From Octopus sinensis (lineage: Eukaryota), in the NCBI RefSeq assembly GCF_006345805.1, contig NC_042997.1:30008001-30072000 (forward strand): a DNA stretch of 64,000 nucleotides. The letters run 5' to 3'. Positions 1 through 10,904 of the stretch are shown piece after piece (position 1 is the first letter of the stretch; each line of letters begins with the position of its first letter). Made by a program: the position numbers and the translations under genes. Below the pieces are notes generated by a model that did no database searches, had not been told where the DNA came from, and saw nothing but the letters and a program-made list of their open reading frames with translations.

Positions 1-260
1 TGGATTACAGCAGAGATTTGTATCTATGAAAGGAAGCAGACAAATTAAAACATGATTTAACTGATTAGTTGCAGTTCTACGGTAAAAACTGAACGGGAAG
101 TGAAGAAAATGTGAAGAAGAGACGAGCAGTAGTGGCTAGAAAAGATAGTATGGAAACTCAAGAAGCTGCAGGCAGAAATGACTCGCAAACCCTATGTAAG
201 ATAGTGTGCGAGTTAACAAGTGCGGAGAGTGATTCCAGTGTACTGATCAAAGCTAAGAAT
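1..260 (+). mobile_element. Degenerate RTE-clade LINE ORF2 fragment (EN-RT linker)
   Basis: Frameshifted translation WIT..ERKQTKLK..VKKR..EAAGRNDSQTLCKIVCELTS resembles the RTE linker pattern WI..T...ERK..VK..A.EAE.AA..D...LY.I...L. Confidence 0.55.
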
Positions 261-306
261 GTGTGTGAGTGCGTATGTGTGTGTTTGCGTGCCTCTGTGT
301 GTGTGT

Positions 307-349
<43 letters not shown>

Positions 350-351
<2 letters not shown>

Positions 352-545
352 GTTAAGTAATTGAGATTCTAGTGAATTCTAAAGAATTCACATGAATATG
401 GTCCTTAACTAGGATGCACCGGATATCAATATGGTGTTAGCCATACGACAAGTGGGGTGATTATAAATAGGAAAAAAGCAACAAGAATGGATTAAAATCT
501 CGGTACGATCGTTTCGTACGAGGACATCTTTAATAAGCTACAAAA
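350..545 (-). mobile_element. PLE-type terminal fragment (same family as 48698-49250) carrying an HHR 3' half
   Basis: Reverse complement matches 49075-49250 (ttcttgttgct, ttataatcacccca, ggtgcatc, accatattca); minus strand has cGAAAC-gatc-GTA; flanked by (TA)n. Confidence 0.55.
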
Positions 546-578
546 AATGCAGTGAATACAGATACATATATATATATA

Positions 579-781
579 TCTGTAAAATAATATGTTACAT
601 TACTCGATAGTCAAGATAAAACTCTGAGTTTCAGATGCCGAAGTGGGAATCCACAACGCCATCTCTTCGGTTATCTGGCTATTATTGACTATCGAGTAAT
701 GTAAATTTATTTTACAGATAAATTTCCTCTATTTACATAATATTGAGGTCTCTTTCTTTCTTTTGTTATCTTACCGTTTTA

Positions 782-785
<4 letters not shown>
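579..785. mobile_element. Fold-back PLE-like terminal fragment (related copy at ~6100-6356)
   Basis: Inverted arms tctgtaaaataa..ttacattactcgatagtcaa / ttgactatcgagtaatgtaa..ttttacaga; minus-strand HHR-like ccgaaga..gaaactcagag; (TA)n flanks. Confidence 0.45.
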
Positions 786-828
<43 letters not shown>

Positions 829-829
829 C

Positions 830-1172
830 AAAACTGGGAAGAAGGGAGGTGGAACGAAACGACGAATCCAATCGACCCTGACGCGAACGCGCTGTCAGAC
901 AATAATGTAATAAATAAGATATATGCATGCATACAAACATATATGTACGTACCTACATCTACATGTATATATACATGCATATATAAATATATATACGTGA
1001 GTACAGGACACTGCAACTAGACGTAGAACTCAACGAAAAACGAAAACGGACAAGCCATATTTTTACAACAAAAAAATAGAGACGAAACGGAAACGGGAAA
1101 AACATTATTTTTTACAACAGAAAAACAAGGTACAGGACAAACCACACAGGAAAAATCCTCAGTTCATCAGCT
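830..1172 (-). mobile_element. Partial copy of the repeat family seen at 7675-8537
   Basis: Reverse complement shares gtcctgtac..cgtatatat..atgtaggta..tgtatgcata..ttatttatta and gctga(t/a)gaa..ttcc(t)tgtgt with 8270-8500. Confidence 0.55.
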
Positions 1173-1544
1173 ATCTCTAATCAGTGGTTTCACTGCAGGT
1201 ACTCTTTCTTGTAGGTCATCTTCAACTAAACGACGAGACACAGTTTTTCGAGATAAAGTTTTCTTCAGTAAAATGCTCGTTTCCCCAGAAACAGCAGCAG
1301 CAGTTTTAAATCTGTCCTTTTTAACCAACTTTACCATAGCACGATCTTCTTTCTTGGTCGCTTTTCTTGGCCTACCTGTAGACTTTCTTGCTTCACACGA
1401 ACCACAATGATCGTAGGCCTTAAGAATACCGTGAACAACACTTTTCGACTTGTTATCAATCTTTGCAATAGACACAATACTTAAACTATCCTTCTTTCGA
1501 AGCTTAATAATCTGCTGACGAATTGGTAACGGAGTAAGTGGCAT
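1167..1544 (-). pseudogene. Truncated Tc1 transposase (DNA-binding domain only)
   Basis: MPLTPLPIRQQIIKLRKK..SKSVVHGILK..GRPRKATKKEDRAMVKLVKKDRFKTA..SRKTVSRRL; no DDE domain, cut off by the neighbouring element. Confidence 0.85.
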
Positions 1545-1878
1545 TATATTAACAAAGTACACTGCAGGTATTCTTCCTTATGTTTGGTAAACGAACCGTC
1601 ACGTAAACAAATTCAAAACATTAGAGTTCGCCTGTTAAATATACTAAAACACGGAGTAAAAGCAACCGTTTTGATCATTTTGGCCGCCATGGGTTTTGCG
1701 GTAAATCACTAAATCATCCATAACTTTTGTTTTATCCTCTCAAATTACACCAAAATCTCAGACAATAACAGATAATATTGTATTTATTGTCTGTGAAAAT
1801 TATAGAATATAAAACAACTTTGATATACCTACTTTTCTGACGAAAACAATGCCGTTCTGAACATTTTGGCCGCAACTG
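1170..1878 (-). mobile_element. Tc1-family transposon 5' part: TIR plus truncated transposase
   Basis: ORF 1167-1562 encodes paired HTH and GRPR (STGRPRKAT..EDR); terminus TA|CAGTTGCGGCCAAAA at 1878; inner repeat of this motif near 1670-1690 (IR/DR layout). Confidence 0.9.
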
Positions 1879-2961
1879 TATGTATGTATGTATGTATGTA
1901 TGTATGTATGCATGTATGCATGTATGCATGTATGCATGTATGCATGTATGCATGTATGTATGTATGTATTGCCTCAATTTTGCTATAAACGCACTGATAA
2001 ATCTATTTGTTTGAGATATAGGCTCTGAATATTTACGCAAATACTCCATATTAAGGTGAAACTCCGTGCTTCTAAGATAATTCTGACATATTTTCACCGA
2101 CGAAGCTCTACAAAACAAATATTTTGAATAAAACAAAAGCTATTCAACAAAACGTAGGCAAAATAGCTACTAGACCCAAATATGGAAGCCATATAAAGAT
2201 ATAGAATCGAATTCAGACAAGAAACTAGACATATCGCAAATAAACCATAAATGACTTATATAGCTTCAATCAATTGTATGCTCACATATGAACACATTTT
2301 CGAAAATCTCATTAATCAAACAATACAGTATTAAATGTAATAACTTTCTTATCAACAACAACACAGATGCTTAGAAAGTCGTGAACATTCTATTATCGTC
2401 AGATGTGATTCACAAATTTGACTGCAAACATAAAATTTGCGCAAATCATAATTTTAGCCGCTATACTGGCCATACAAACACTCCTTTGCCCGTCAATTAA
2501 TCATGCAGATGAAATTGCAATGTAGAGTATCAGAAAACATAAAACAAAACTTGAGAATAAATCACTTAACAATTCTAATGTTTATACTGGCCATACAACC
2601 GCACACTTGCCCGTCAGTTCATCTTGCAGACGAAACTGCGATGTAGTGCAAACAATTCTATTTCATACACAATTTGATAAGCAATTAGTAAATAAATTAT
2701 AAAAGCTCAGTACAACGCTAAAATAACCGCAGTCATATGGTGCACTGATTAAATAAAAAAAAACTGGTCTATAGCTATTCAAATAAAACAGCTTTTTCAT
2801 GCTCAGTCACGGTTGCACAATATCTCTTTTGACAAAGAATCACATCTAAGGAAACTGGTTAATAAAACATAGCAATATCTCAAACAACTGGAAGATAAAA
2901 CAGTGACAAATTTTGTTTTAAAATATAGCCATAAAAAATCCATATGAAAGTGTGAATGAAA

Positions 2962-3030
<69 letters not shown>

Positions 3031-3042
3031 TACATACATACA

Positions 3043-3112
<70 letters not shown>

Positions 3113-3235
3113 AAGTATGGGGATTTAGTTCACAGGTGATCTAAATGATTAGGTACGCTAGGTAAGTGGTGTAACGGCTCCAGGTTTATAGCCGAGACGC
3201 TAGTTATGGAGCCATTGCAGATTTTCGATATAGTA

Positions 3236-3488
3236 GATATATAATTGATAAAGAGGACAACAAGCGTTAAGTCAAGGCAAACATTTCAAGTCATATACAT
3301 TATTATTATCAGAAAAAGTTCAAAGTCTTACAGCTGTTTCTGGGATATCCCACAGTATGGGATATTCCGTTCTCGAAATCCCAGAAACAGCTGTAAGACT
3401 GAACTTTTTTCCATTAATGATAATGTATATGTCTAGAGATGTTTGTCTTGCCTAAACGTTTGTTGTCCTCTTTAACAATTGTATATAT
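3236..3488. repeat. ~110-bp-arm imperfect inverted repeat of PLE/HHR 3' ends
   Basis: aaagaggacaacaa..aagtcttacagctgtttctgggat versus atcccagaaacagctgtaagact..ttgttgtcctcttt; each arm has cccaGAAAC-agct-GTA. Confidence 0.75.
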
Positions 3489-3796
3489 CAGTGTGTGTGT
3501 AATTCCCTTACGGGACTGTCACGTCATGTTGACAGTATACAACCACTCTATCGCTCCACCACCGCTCATGTCTCTTTGAGACATTTAGAAATTCAATATT
3601 TCTAATTACGGTGACCAGTGAATAGATTTCACTGTAAATATATATATTTGCGAAGGCTAGACAGGCATCTCAACTAGCAGGTCTCACGGAAGTGTTTGTG
3701 TCGGCTTTTCGGATTTGTGGTTGTGAGTTGGATTTTGCTGATTATTGTTGTTGAAAACTGTTGCGACGTGTTGAATTGTTGAATTCTTTGTTGGGT

Positions 3797-5126
3797 ATGC
3801 AAGCCCAAACTTATGCGGGAGCAGCAGGCAAAAGCCTGGCTGCGAACGAATACAGTTAAAAGAAATAATTATCGAAAAGGAAAATCTGAGGAAATACAAC
3901 GACAGCTTCAAGAAGGAAGGAGGCTGTCTGAGGGTTACACCACCTGAAGACGAAGTGAAAAAAGCGGAGAAAAAAACCATAACATACAGAAAATGAAATG
4001 TGGTCTCAAAAAGAATAGAAGTAGCAGAAGTAGAAGAGATTGAAAAATTTCTACAAGAAATAAAAAGAAGAACTACCTTCTACAATAGAGGTAGGAAATA
4101 CGCTACGGTAAACGTTCGCTCTGAAAATGAAGATGAAGCGAAAAGGAACGCGACGACAGTATTGAGATCGGAAAAATGGGTTTTACTCCTTAGTTATTGT
4201 GGAAAAAGAGCAGTGAGGATACGAATAAGCAAAATCCCACCGGAACTTGATACCGAAAGAATAGTAACTACAATAATCTGCAACTGCAAGGAGAACGTGG
4301 ACATACTTAGGGTGCAAAAGTCGAATGAAATAAACTGGTGGGGTTATGCGGTGGAAGCCTTAGTCCACATAACCATGCCAGATTTGTATAACATACCGGA
4401 TGAGTTGGTATTCCCCGACGAGACACGACTGTGAGTCGTGGTGGAGGGGAGACCTCCGGTGTGTTATAAATGTAAGAGAAGAGGGCACATGAAGGATGTG
4501 TGTCCTGAAGGAGAAATACAAGGAAGGAAGATGACACTGGAGGAGGCAATAAGAGATTTGACAGAGGACTTAGGAGATAATATGGAAAGTGACGACGAGT
4601 TAGTGAAGGAGAAAGGAGAGGAAAGAAAAGAAGAAAAAGAGGATAGAAAGTGAACACGAGTGGAATCACCACCCAAAGACCAAAAATAACTAAAAAGAAG
4701 TATGCGGGCGAGACAGAGGATCGAACGCACGAAGGGAGAGATACGGCAACTAAAGTGAGTGAAGGTTCAAGTTGGGAGAAAGCGATAAAATGGTCAACAA
4801 GAGTGGAAGAATGTCTGAAAACGTGCAAAGAAGGAGGAAGACCCAAAGGAAAGAATCTCAGATCTGTAATATTGTACACAAAAGATAAAGAAATTGAGAA
4901 AAAATTAGCAGTAACGAAAAATCTAACGAGAGTGAAATTGAACCCGAGGATTGTCGATGACAAAACAAAGGCCGCAATAGTGGAAAGAGAGACGGTGAAT
5001 AGATTAAGAAATTTATTTTCAAAGACAGCTGTGTCCAAAGCGCATTACGTTCGATATGACAGTTTGCCCGGAGTTATAGAGCAAGATGAATTACTCGTTT
5101 ACATTACGGACGAACACCCCAGATAG
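3797..5126 (+). pseudogene. Disrupted Gag/LINE-ORF1-like (Tx1/ZCCHC3-like) protein with CX2CX4HX4C knuckle, roughly 440 aa reconstructed
   Basis: Starts MQAQTYAGAA; RRM-like VRIRISKIPPEL..IPDEL..VVVEGRPPVCYKCKRRGHMKDVCP; acidic/basic tail; in-frame TGA near 3994 and 4432; frameshifts near 3840 and 4650. Confidence 0.75.
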
Positions 5127-5316
5127 TATAACTGTAATATAAATGAAACTGCGAGCTTTGGGGGGCTCGTAAACCATTTCATTTAATTCATTGTTAATAA
5201 TTCATTTCATTTCATATCATCCTCTTTATTTTTATTATATGTACCCCATGTCCTGTATTGTATTGTTATGTCCCCTCTTCTGTCAGGCCATTGTGCCTAT
5301 AATAAAGAGAAAGGTC

Positions 5317-5374
5317 TCACTATCCTGGACTGATGACGGGTAAGACCCAGAAACATGCATGTCTTCAGATGTGA
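5317..5374 (+). ncRNA. Type I hammerhead ribozyme
   Basis: ctgga-CUGAUGA(5330-36)-c-gggt aag accc-a-GAAAC(5350-54)-atgcat-GUC(5361-63)-ttcag; stem I ctgga/ttcag extended by tcac/gtga; palindromic stem III. Confidence 0.8.
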
Positions 5375-5501
5375 ATCCTAACTGGTGGAGGTGCTTGCCT
5401 CCCCTTCGCAAATATAAGGACACAGGAAATGTGTCAAAGGGCTAAACAGCGGTGGTGTAATTCCCTTACGGGACTGTCACGTTATGTTGACAGTATACAA
5501 C

Positions 5502-5568
<67 letters not shown>

Positions 5569-6815
5569 CACACATACATGCATACATACATGCAATCATA
5601 TATAGTGTGTGCGTGTGCTGCTCCCTGATGGTAAGATAAACAAAAAAAGTACTTATTTCATCTTTAGGGTTATTATTATTTAATAAACACACTATATGTT
5701 TTTAGGTACAACTGTTAGTATCATACGATGAAAGCATCTGAGACAAATTACGCTAAGGTACCAGACGTGTTAAAGATTATCGTCTGAGATGGTTCCTTCC
5801 GAGGCTTTGCTAACTATGAAACATATGTAACCTGGATTTTATGTACTCTATTCCCCAACACTGGATTTCTATTCGCATGCACAGCAACACCTACTGCAAA
5901 CCATAAGCTATAAAACCATTTTTCAGCTTATCAAACTTCAATACGGGTAAAACTTACAACCTTATACGTTAATAAGCCACTATTGTTCCTGAAAGTTGTC
6001 TCGAAGCTTACTATCTTCCTACACCTTGATCCTTGGATCTTACATTTACTTATTGTCATATATATATATATATATATATATATACATGTGTGTGTGTGTG
6101 TGTGTAAATATAATATTTGACAATTATTCGGTAGCCATAATAAAACTCCGGGTTTCGGATGTCGGGGCAGAAACCCACGCCGCCATCTCTTCATTTATCC
6201 GGCCATCAAAAAAATGCTATGAAAATGACTGTTAAACAAAGGGAGATTACTGTGTGATTAACCGTTATTAAGACAAAAAAGCTATTAGAATGACCGTTAT
6301 ATTTACAGAATATCGAGGTCTCTTTCATTCTTTAGTTGTCTTACCATTTCTATCAATATATATATATATATATACGCACATTTAGACACACACACGCACA
6401 AACATATATATACTAACATAATAATTATATAATATATATAATTATTATGTTATAATATATATATATTATATATAAACATTATATAAATATGAAAAGAAAA
6501 AACCCTGCTCCAACAAGTAAGAATACGCCAAAGAACGTTATTAACCACCTTTAGCTCCTGCAAAAATACGGGTTATAGACGGGCAAATGAAAAATACAAG
6601 ATCAACCTCCACAGTGAATTGTGTATTGGTCCAATTTCGAGATTAAAGCAGTAACATAGCTTATTTCCCATCCTCGGCACAATATTCAAAGAAACAAATA
6701 TTTATACATAACCCCACGAAACAAATTCGTTTGATCATGTGCAAATATCCGCGCTTATGTCAAATTTTTACTTTTCATTTCAGCCGCGTATTTTTTAAAA
6801 CCTAAATAGCCTTAA

Positions 6816-7036
6816 CCCTTTAGCATTTAAACTGGCCATATCCGGCCAAAAGTATTCTGCCTGATTTATGTTCAAACTGGCCAGATCTGGTCTCTCACAC
6901 CAGCCCTACAATATTGTTTTAAAAATTAACAGCTACCTCATCAAAATCTCATAGCTACAAGATAATGCAAGATTAGTTCAAAACAATGTAGATGAAAAAG
7001 CATTAATTTTGGCAGAATAATGCGAACACTAAAGGG
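6816..7036. mobile_element. piggyBac-like MITE
   Basis: TTAA|CCCTTTAG ... CTAAAGGG|TTAA termini; 221 bp, non-coding. Confidence 0.85.
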
Positions 7037-7149
7037 TTAAAGCAATGCAATTCCGATCCGGAGTATGTTTTATAAATATATATGAACAAGGATAAAATTA
7101 TGTAAATGATAATATCAATACAGTTCTATATTTAAGAGATGAGGAATTA

Positions 7150-7420
7150 TGTATATTATTTACGTTATTTACAGTCGACGGATATTTGTCGGGCATATGG
7201 CGCGGGCTATTAACCCCAAGATTCCGAGTTAGATTCCAGGCAGTAACTTGATTAATAACAACAACAACAACATTGACAAATACCTTAGGTAGGAATGAGA
7301 ACCCAGGTTCGAAATTTCCCGAAGACACCTGATGAAGGCTGGAGAGTATGTCAGCCGAAACAATGTGTTAACAACAAACAAGAGGAGGTCAAATAACCGT
7401 CAATTGTAAATAATGTAAAT
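7150..7420 (+). mobile_element. PLE-like terminal fragment with minimal HHR
   Basis: acac-CUGAUGA(7329-35)-a-ggctg..cagcc-GAAAC(7357-61); ends inverted (ttatttacagtcgacggatatttgtc / caaataaccgtcaattgtaaataa). Confidence 0.65.
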
Positions 7421-7674
7421 AGGGATAATATCAAGTGGCCAGCATGCTATAAAAACTTGTGGTTAAATTATACTAAAATGATTTTATATATATGCATTAT
7501 ATACAATATATGTGTGTTTATATATATATATATATATATACAAACATTCACGCACACACACACACACATACACACACACACACACACCTTGGGCAAGTGT
7601 CTTCTACTATAGCTTCGGCCGACCAAAGCCTTGTGAGCGAATTTGGTAGAGAAAACTGAAGAAAACCCATCGTG

Positions 7675-8537
7675 TGTACATATATGTATGTATGCATATA
7701 TTTTATTTATTAATTTGTCATTATATGATCGAACACCACGCATCCACTTCCAAGTAAGTTTCATCATAATAATTATGATGCGCACTCTTAACTCTTAACT
7801 TGACCTTTCCTCCCTGCCTGTCTCTCTCCCTCTCTTATTTTTCATCCTTTCTGGTTTTCTCTCCCACCCTTCCCTATTCTCCTCTCTCTTACTCCTCCTC
7901 CTCCCTCTCTTCGCTGACCAGAGGGTAACTAACTTTCTTTCTCACTACTGCCTTCAACAATCTACAACGGCTTCTCCTGTCCTCGCAAGCCGTTTTCTCA
8001 ATGCGTTCACAATAATTTTTCCATCGTCTCGGCTTAAAAGCCCTTTTCTTTTGTTTTTACTGTGTTATTCTCCTTGTCCTGTCTCTTACTGTTTTTATTT
8101 GCATTGCTTTTACTGTCTTGTTTTGTTTTAACTGTTCTGTTCTTGTCACCATTTTTACCCCTCCGCAAAAAATCCCAAATTTTATTTAATTTGCTTTACG
8201 GGAAGGACTGTTTCAACCAAGCCGTGTCTTGCCCTTACCTTCGAAACACGGAGTAGTCGAAGCAGGGGCAGCTGAAGAAGGGGAATGTTCCTTGTGTTGT
8301 ATGTCTTGTAGTCTGTTTTTTCGTTGTTTGAAAAAGTCCGTTTCCATGTTTTTGCTTTTATGTTTTCGTTTCTCGTGTTCTACGTTTTTTTTTTTTTTGC
8401 TGTCCTGTACCCATATATGCACGTATATATACATATAGATGTAGGTATGTACATATATGTGTGTATGTATGCATATGTTTTATTTATTAATTTGTTATTA
8501 TATGATCGAACGCCACGCATCCACTTCCAAGTAAGTT
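7675..8537 (+). mobile_element. Non-coding ~777-bp unit with ~80-bp terminal direct repeat
   Basis: tgtatgcata..tatgatcgaac.ccacgcatccacttccaagtaagtt ends at both 7760 and 8537; pyrimidine-rich interior. Confidence 0.7.
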
Positions 8538-8541
8538 ATAT

Positions 8542-8618
<77 letters not shown>

Positions 8619-9149
8619 TTAAATAATGAGGGTAGAAATTAATATTATTAATTAAATCAATTTAAACCAGTGGCCTAACATACTTTAAAAATCCGAAGAC
8701 TATGACTTATATTACATGTATAAGAGGAATACCCACCAAGGTGGGTTCATAATATCCTAGAAGACGCCAGACCGTCTTACCACGAAGAATAAGTTCTCAA
8801 GAAATTTTAGCAAAGGCCAGAAACTGTAAGCGAGCAAGACAAATGAAAATATGGAAAATTTGGCAATAAACTCCATACCTCAGGTTTCGCTATAAACGGT
8901 CACTCTTTCGAGATCTTCTTTCAAAAGGGGCCTCCTCACTTTCAGTATAGCAAGTGTCCGTATAAACACTGCACAAAGTAAGCGCGCGCGCGTATAAGTA
9001 TGTATGTATGTTAATTACTGGTAGAGACACACTGTATTTCGTTAATCAATAACACACAGTACTACCAAATATATTAAAGGCTTATATGTCAACACTGTGT
9101 CCTACCAGTGTTAGCATTGCTATTCAATCACTTATTAAAGTTATCTGTG

Positions 9150-9284
9150 TGATAAGAAACTTGCTTCTCAACCATATGGTTCCTGGTTCAGACCCACTGC
9201 GTAGCACCTTGGGCAAGTGTCATCTACTATAGCTTCATGACAGCCAACGATTTAGTAGACGGAAACTGACAGAACCCTGTCGTA

Positions 9285-9346
<62 letters not shown>

Positions 9347-9555
9347 TGTGTGTCTCTGTGTGTGCCCAACACCACTTGACAACCGGTGTTGGTGTGTTTC
9401 CATCCTTGTAACATTAGCGGTTCTGCGAAGAGACCGACAGAATAAGTTACAGGCTTTAAAAATAAGCACTGGGTGTCGATTCATTCGACTAAATATTTAA
9501 GGCGGTGCCCCACCATGGTCGCAGTCCAATTATTGAAATAGGTAGAAGATAAAAA
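9150..9555 (+). mobile_element. tRNA-derived SINE family B, diverged copy
   Basis: B-box-like ggttcagacc, ccttgggcaagtgtc, internal (GT)n, tail ggcggtgccc..atggtcgcagtc. Confidence 0.8.
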
Positions 9556-9944
9556 GATCTATCGAAACTAGAACCAGCACTAGAAGCTTGTCAGCTAAAT
9601 CTAAACAATACGTGTATGCTGATGAAGTGACTTATAATGCCTTATAATCACCTGCCAACTTGTTATTTAAAATCAAGGAATTTATTACATACATACACAG
9701 ACACATACGCGCGCGCGGTTACGCCCACGTCATACAAGACCACGCTCAAGGTAATATACAAGGTAATATAGTGGTTTTATTTTTCTCCGTTTTATGCTTA
9801 TTAATTTATAATATTCTACTTCTAATGCTAGAACAACAATTACTACTACCACTGCTGCTACTACTACTAATGATAATAGTAACAACAACAACAACATTAA
9901 TTATAATAATGATAACAACAACAACAATAATAATAATAATTTTT

Positions 9945-10017
<73 letters not shown>

Positions 10018-10020
<3 letters not shown>

Positions 10021-10229
10021 CGTAGTTTTATTTTTATAGCGTGCTTTCATTTCACTACCGAGCGCAGCTCTGTGTGCCTTAGGTATGTGCTGTGATTTGT
10101 TGTGATGCTCTGATGGTTATTGTATGGAAAGTGTTCTGCGTAGGATGTGTGCAGTGCGTAGTAGTGCAATTTTCTGTATGTTATATGTGTTTGTAAGACC
10201 TGGTGTCTTTGTTATGTATTTGTCTGAAC

Positions 10230-10232
<3 letters not shown>
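10018..10232 (-). mobile_element. R4/Dong-clade LINE 3' end in (TAA)n
   Basis: Reverse complement of 10290-10510; encodes NIQKIALLRTAHILRRTLSIQ*. Confidence 0.75.
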
Positions 10233-10262
<30 letters not shown>

Positions 10263-10289
10263 GATCATCATTATTATTATCATTATTAT

Positions 10290-10525
10290 TAAAAAATATT
10301 CAGATAAGTACATAACAAAACACCAGGACTTACAAATATATATAACATACAGAAAATTGCACTACTAGGCACTGCACACATCCTACACAAAACACTTTCA
10401 ATACAGTAGCCATCAAAGCATCACAACAAATCACAATACATACCTAAGGCACACAGAGCTGCTTCTCGGTAGTGTAGTGAAAACACGCTATAAAAATACA
10501 ACTGCTGAATAATAATAATAATGAT
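10290..10525 (+). mobile_element. R4/Dong-clade LINE 3' end in (TAA)n
   Basis: KYSDKYIT..PGLTNIYNIQKIALLGTAHIL.KTLSIQ*, then short 3'UTR and (taa)n. Confidence 0.75.
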
Positions 10526-10904
10526 AATAATTCAGATTTTACAAGGGCAGCTTTTTGCAAGGAGAGGATCAGTTCTCAGTGTTCAACTAGTATTTATTTT
10601 ATTGAACCCGAAAGAATGAAAGGTAAAGTCGACCTCGACGGAATTTGAACTCAGAACGTAGAGACTGAGGGAATACCGCTAAGCATCTCTCCCGGCGTAC
10701 TAACGATTCTGTCAGCTCGCCGCCTTAATAATAATAATACACCTTGGGCAAGTGTCTTCCGCAACAGCCCCGGACCGACAAAAGCTTTTGAGTGGATTTG
10801 ATAAACGAAAACTGAAAAGTAATTCTTTGTGTGTGTGTGTGTGTGTGTGTTGTGTGTGTGTGTGTGTGTGCGTGTGTGTGCGCGCGCGCGCCAAAATAAA
10901 ATAT

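Larger units (their letters stand above)
3497..5505 (+). mobile_element. 1958-bp terminally redundant element with zinc-knuckle ORF and hammerhead ribozyme, no RT
   Basis: 51-bp direct repeat 3497-3547 / 5455-5505 (1 mismatch); (GT)n on the left, (TA)n on the right; internal ORF and HHR. Confidence 0.8.

Noticed and set aside
4307-5038. 243-aa minus-strand ORF
   Set aside because: Antisense shadow of the purine-rich zinc-knuckle ORF, with no recognisable motif
3497-5505. Reading the element as an LTR retrotransposon or TRIM
   Set aside because: The repeat is only 51 bp; no TG..CA ends, PBS, PPT or TSD seen; the protein resembles LINE ORF1 more than LTR Gag
5720-5836. HHR-like GAAAC-atat-GUA at ~5818
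   Set aside because: No intact CUGANGA or convincing stem II upstream
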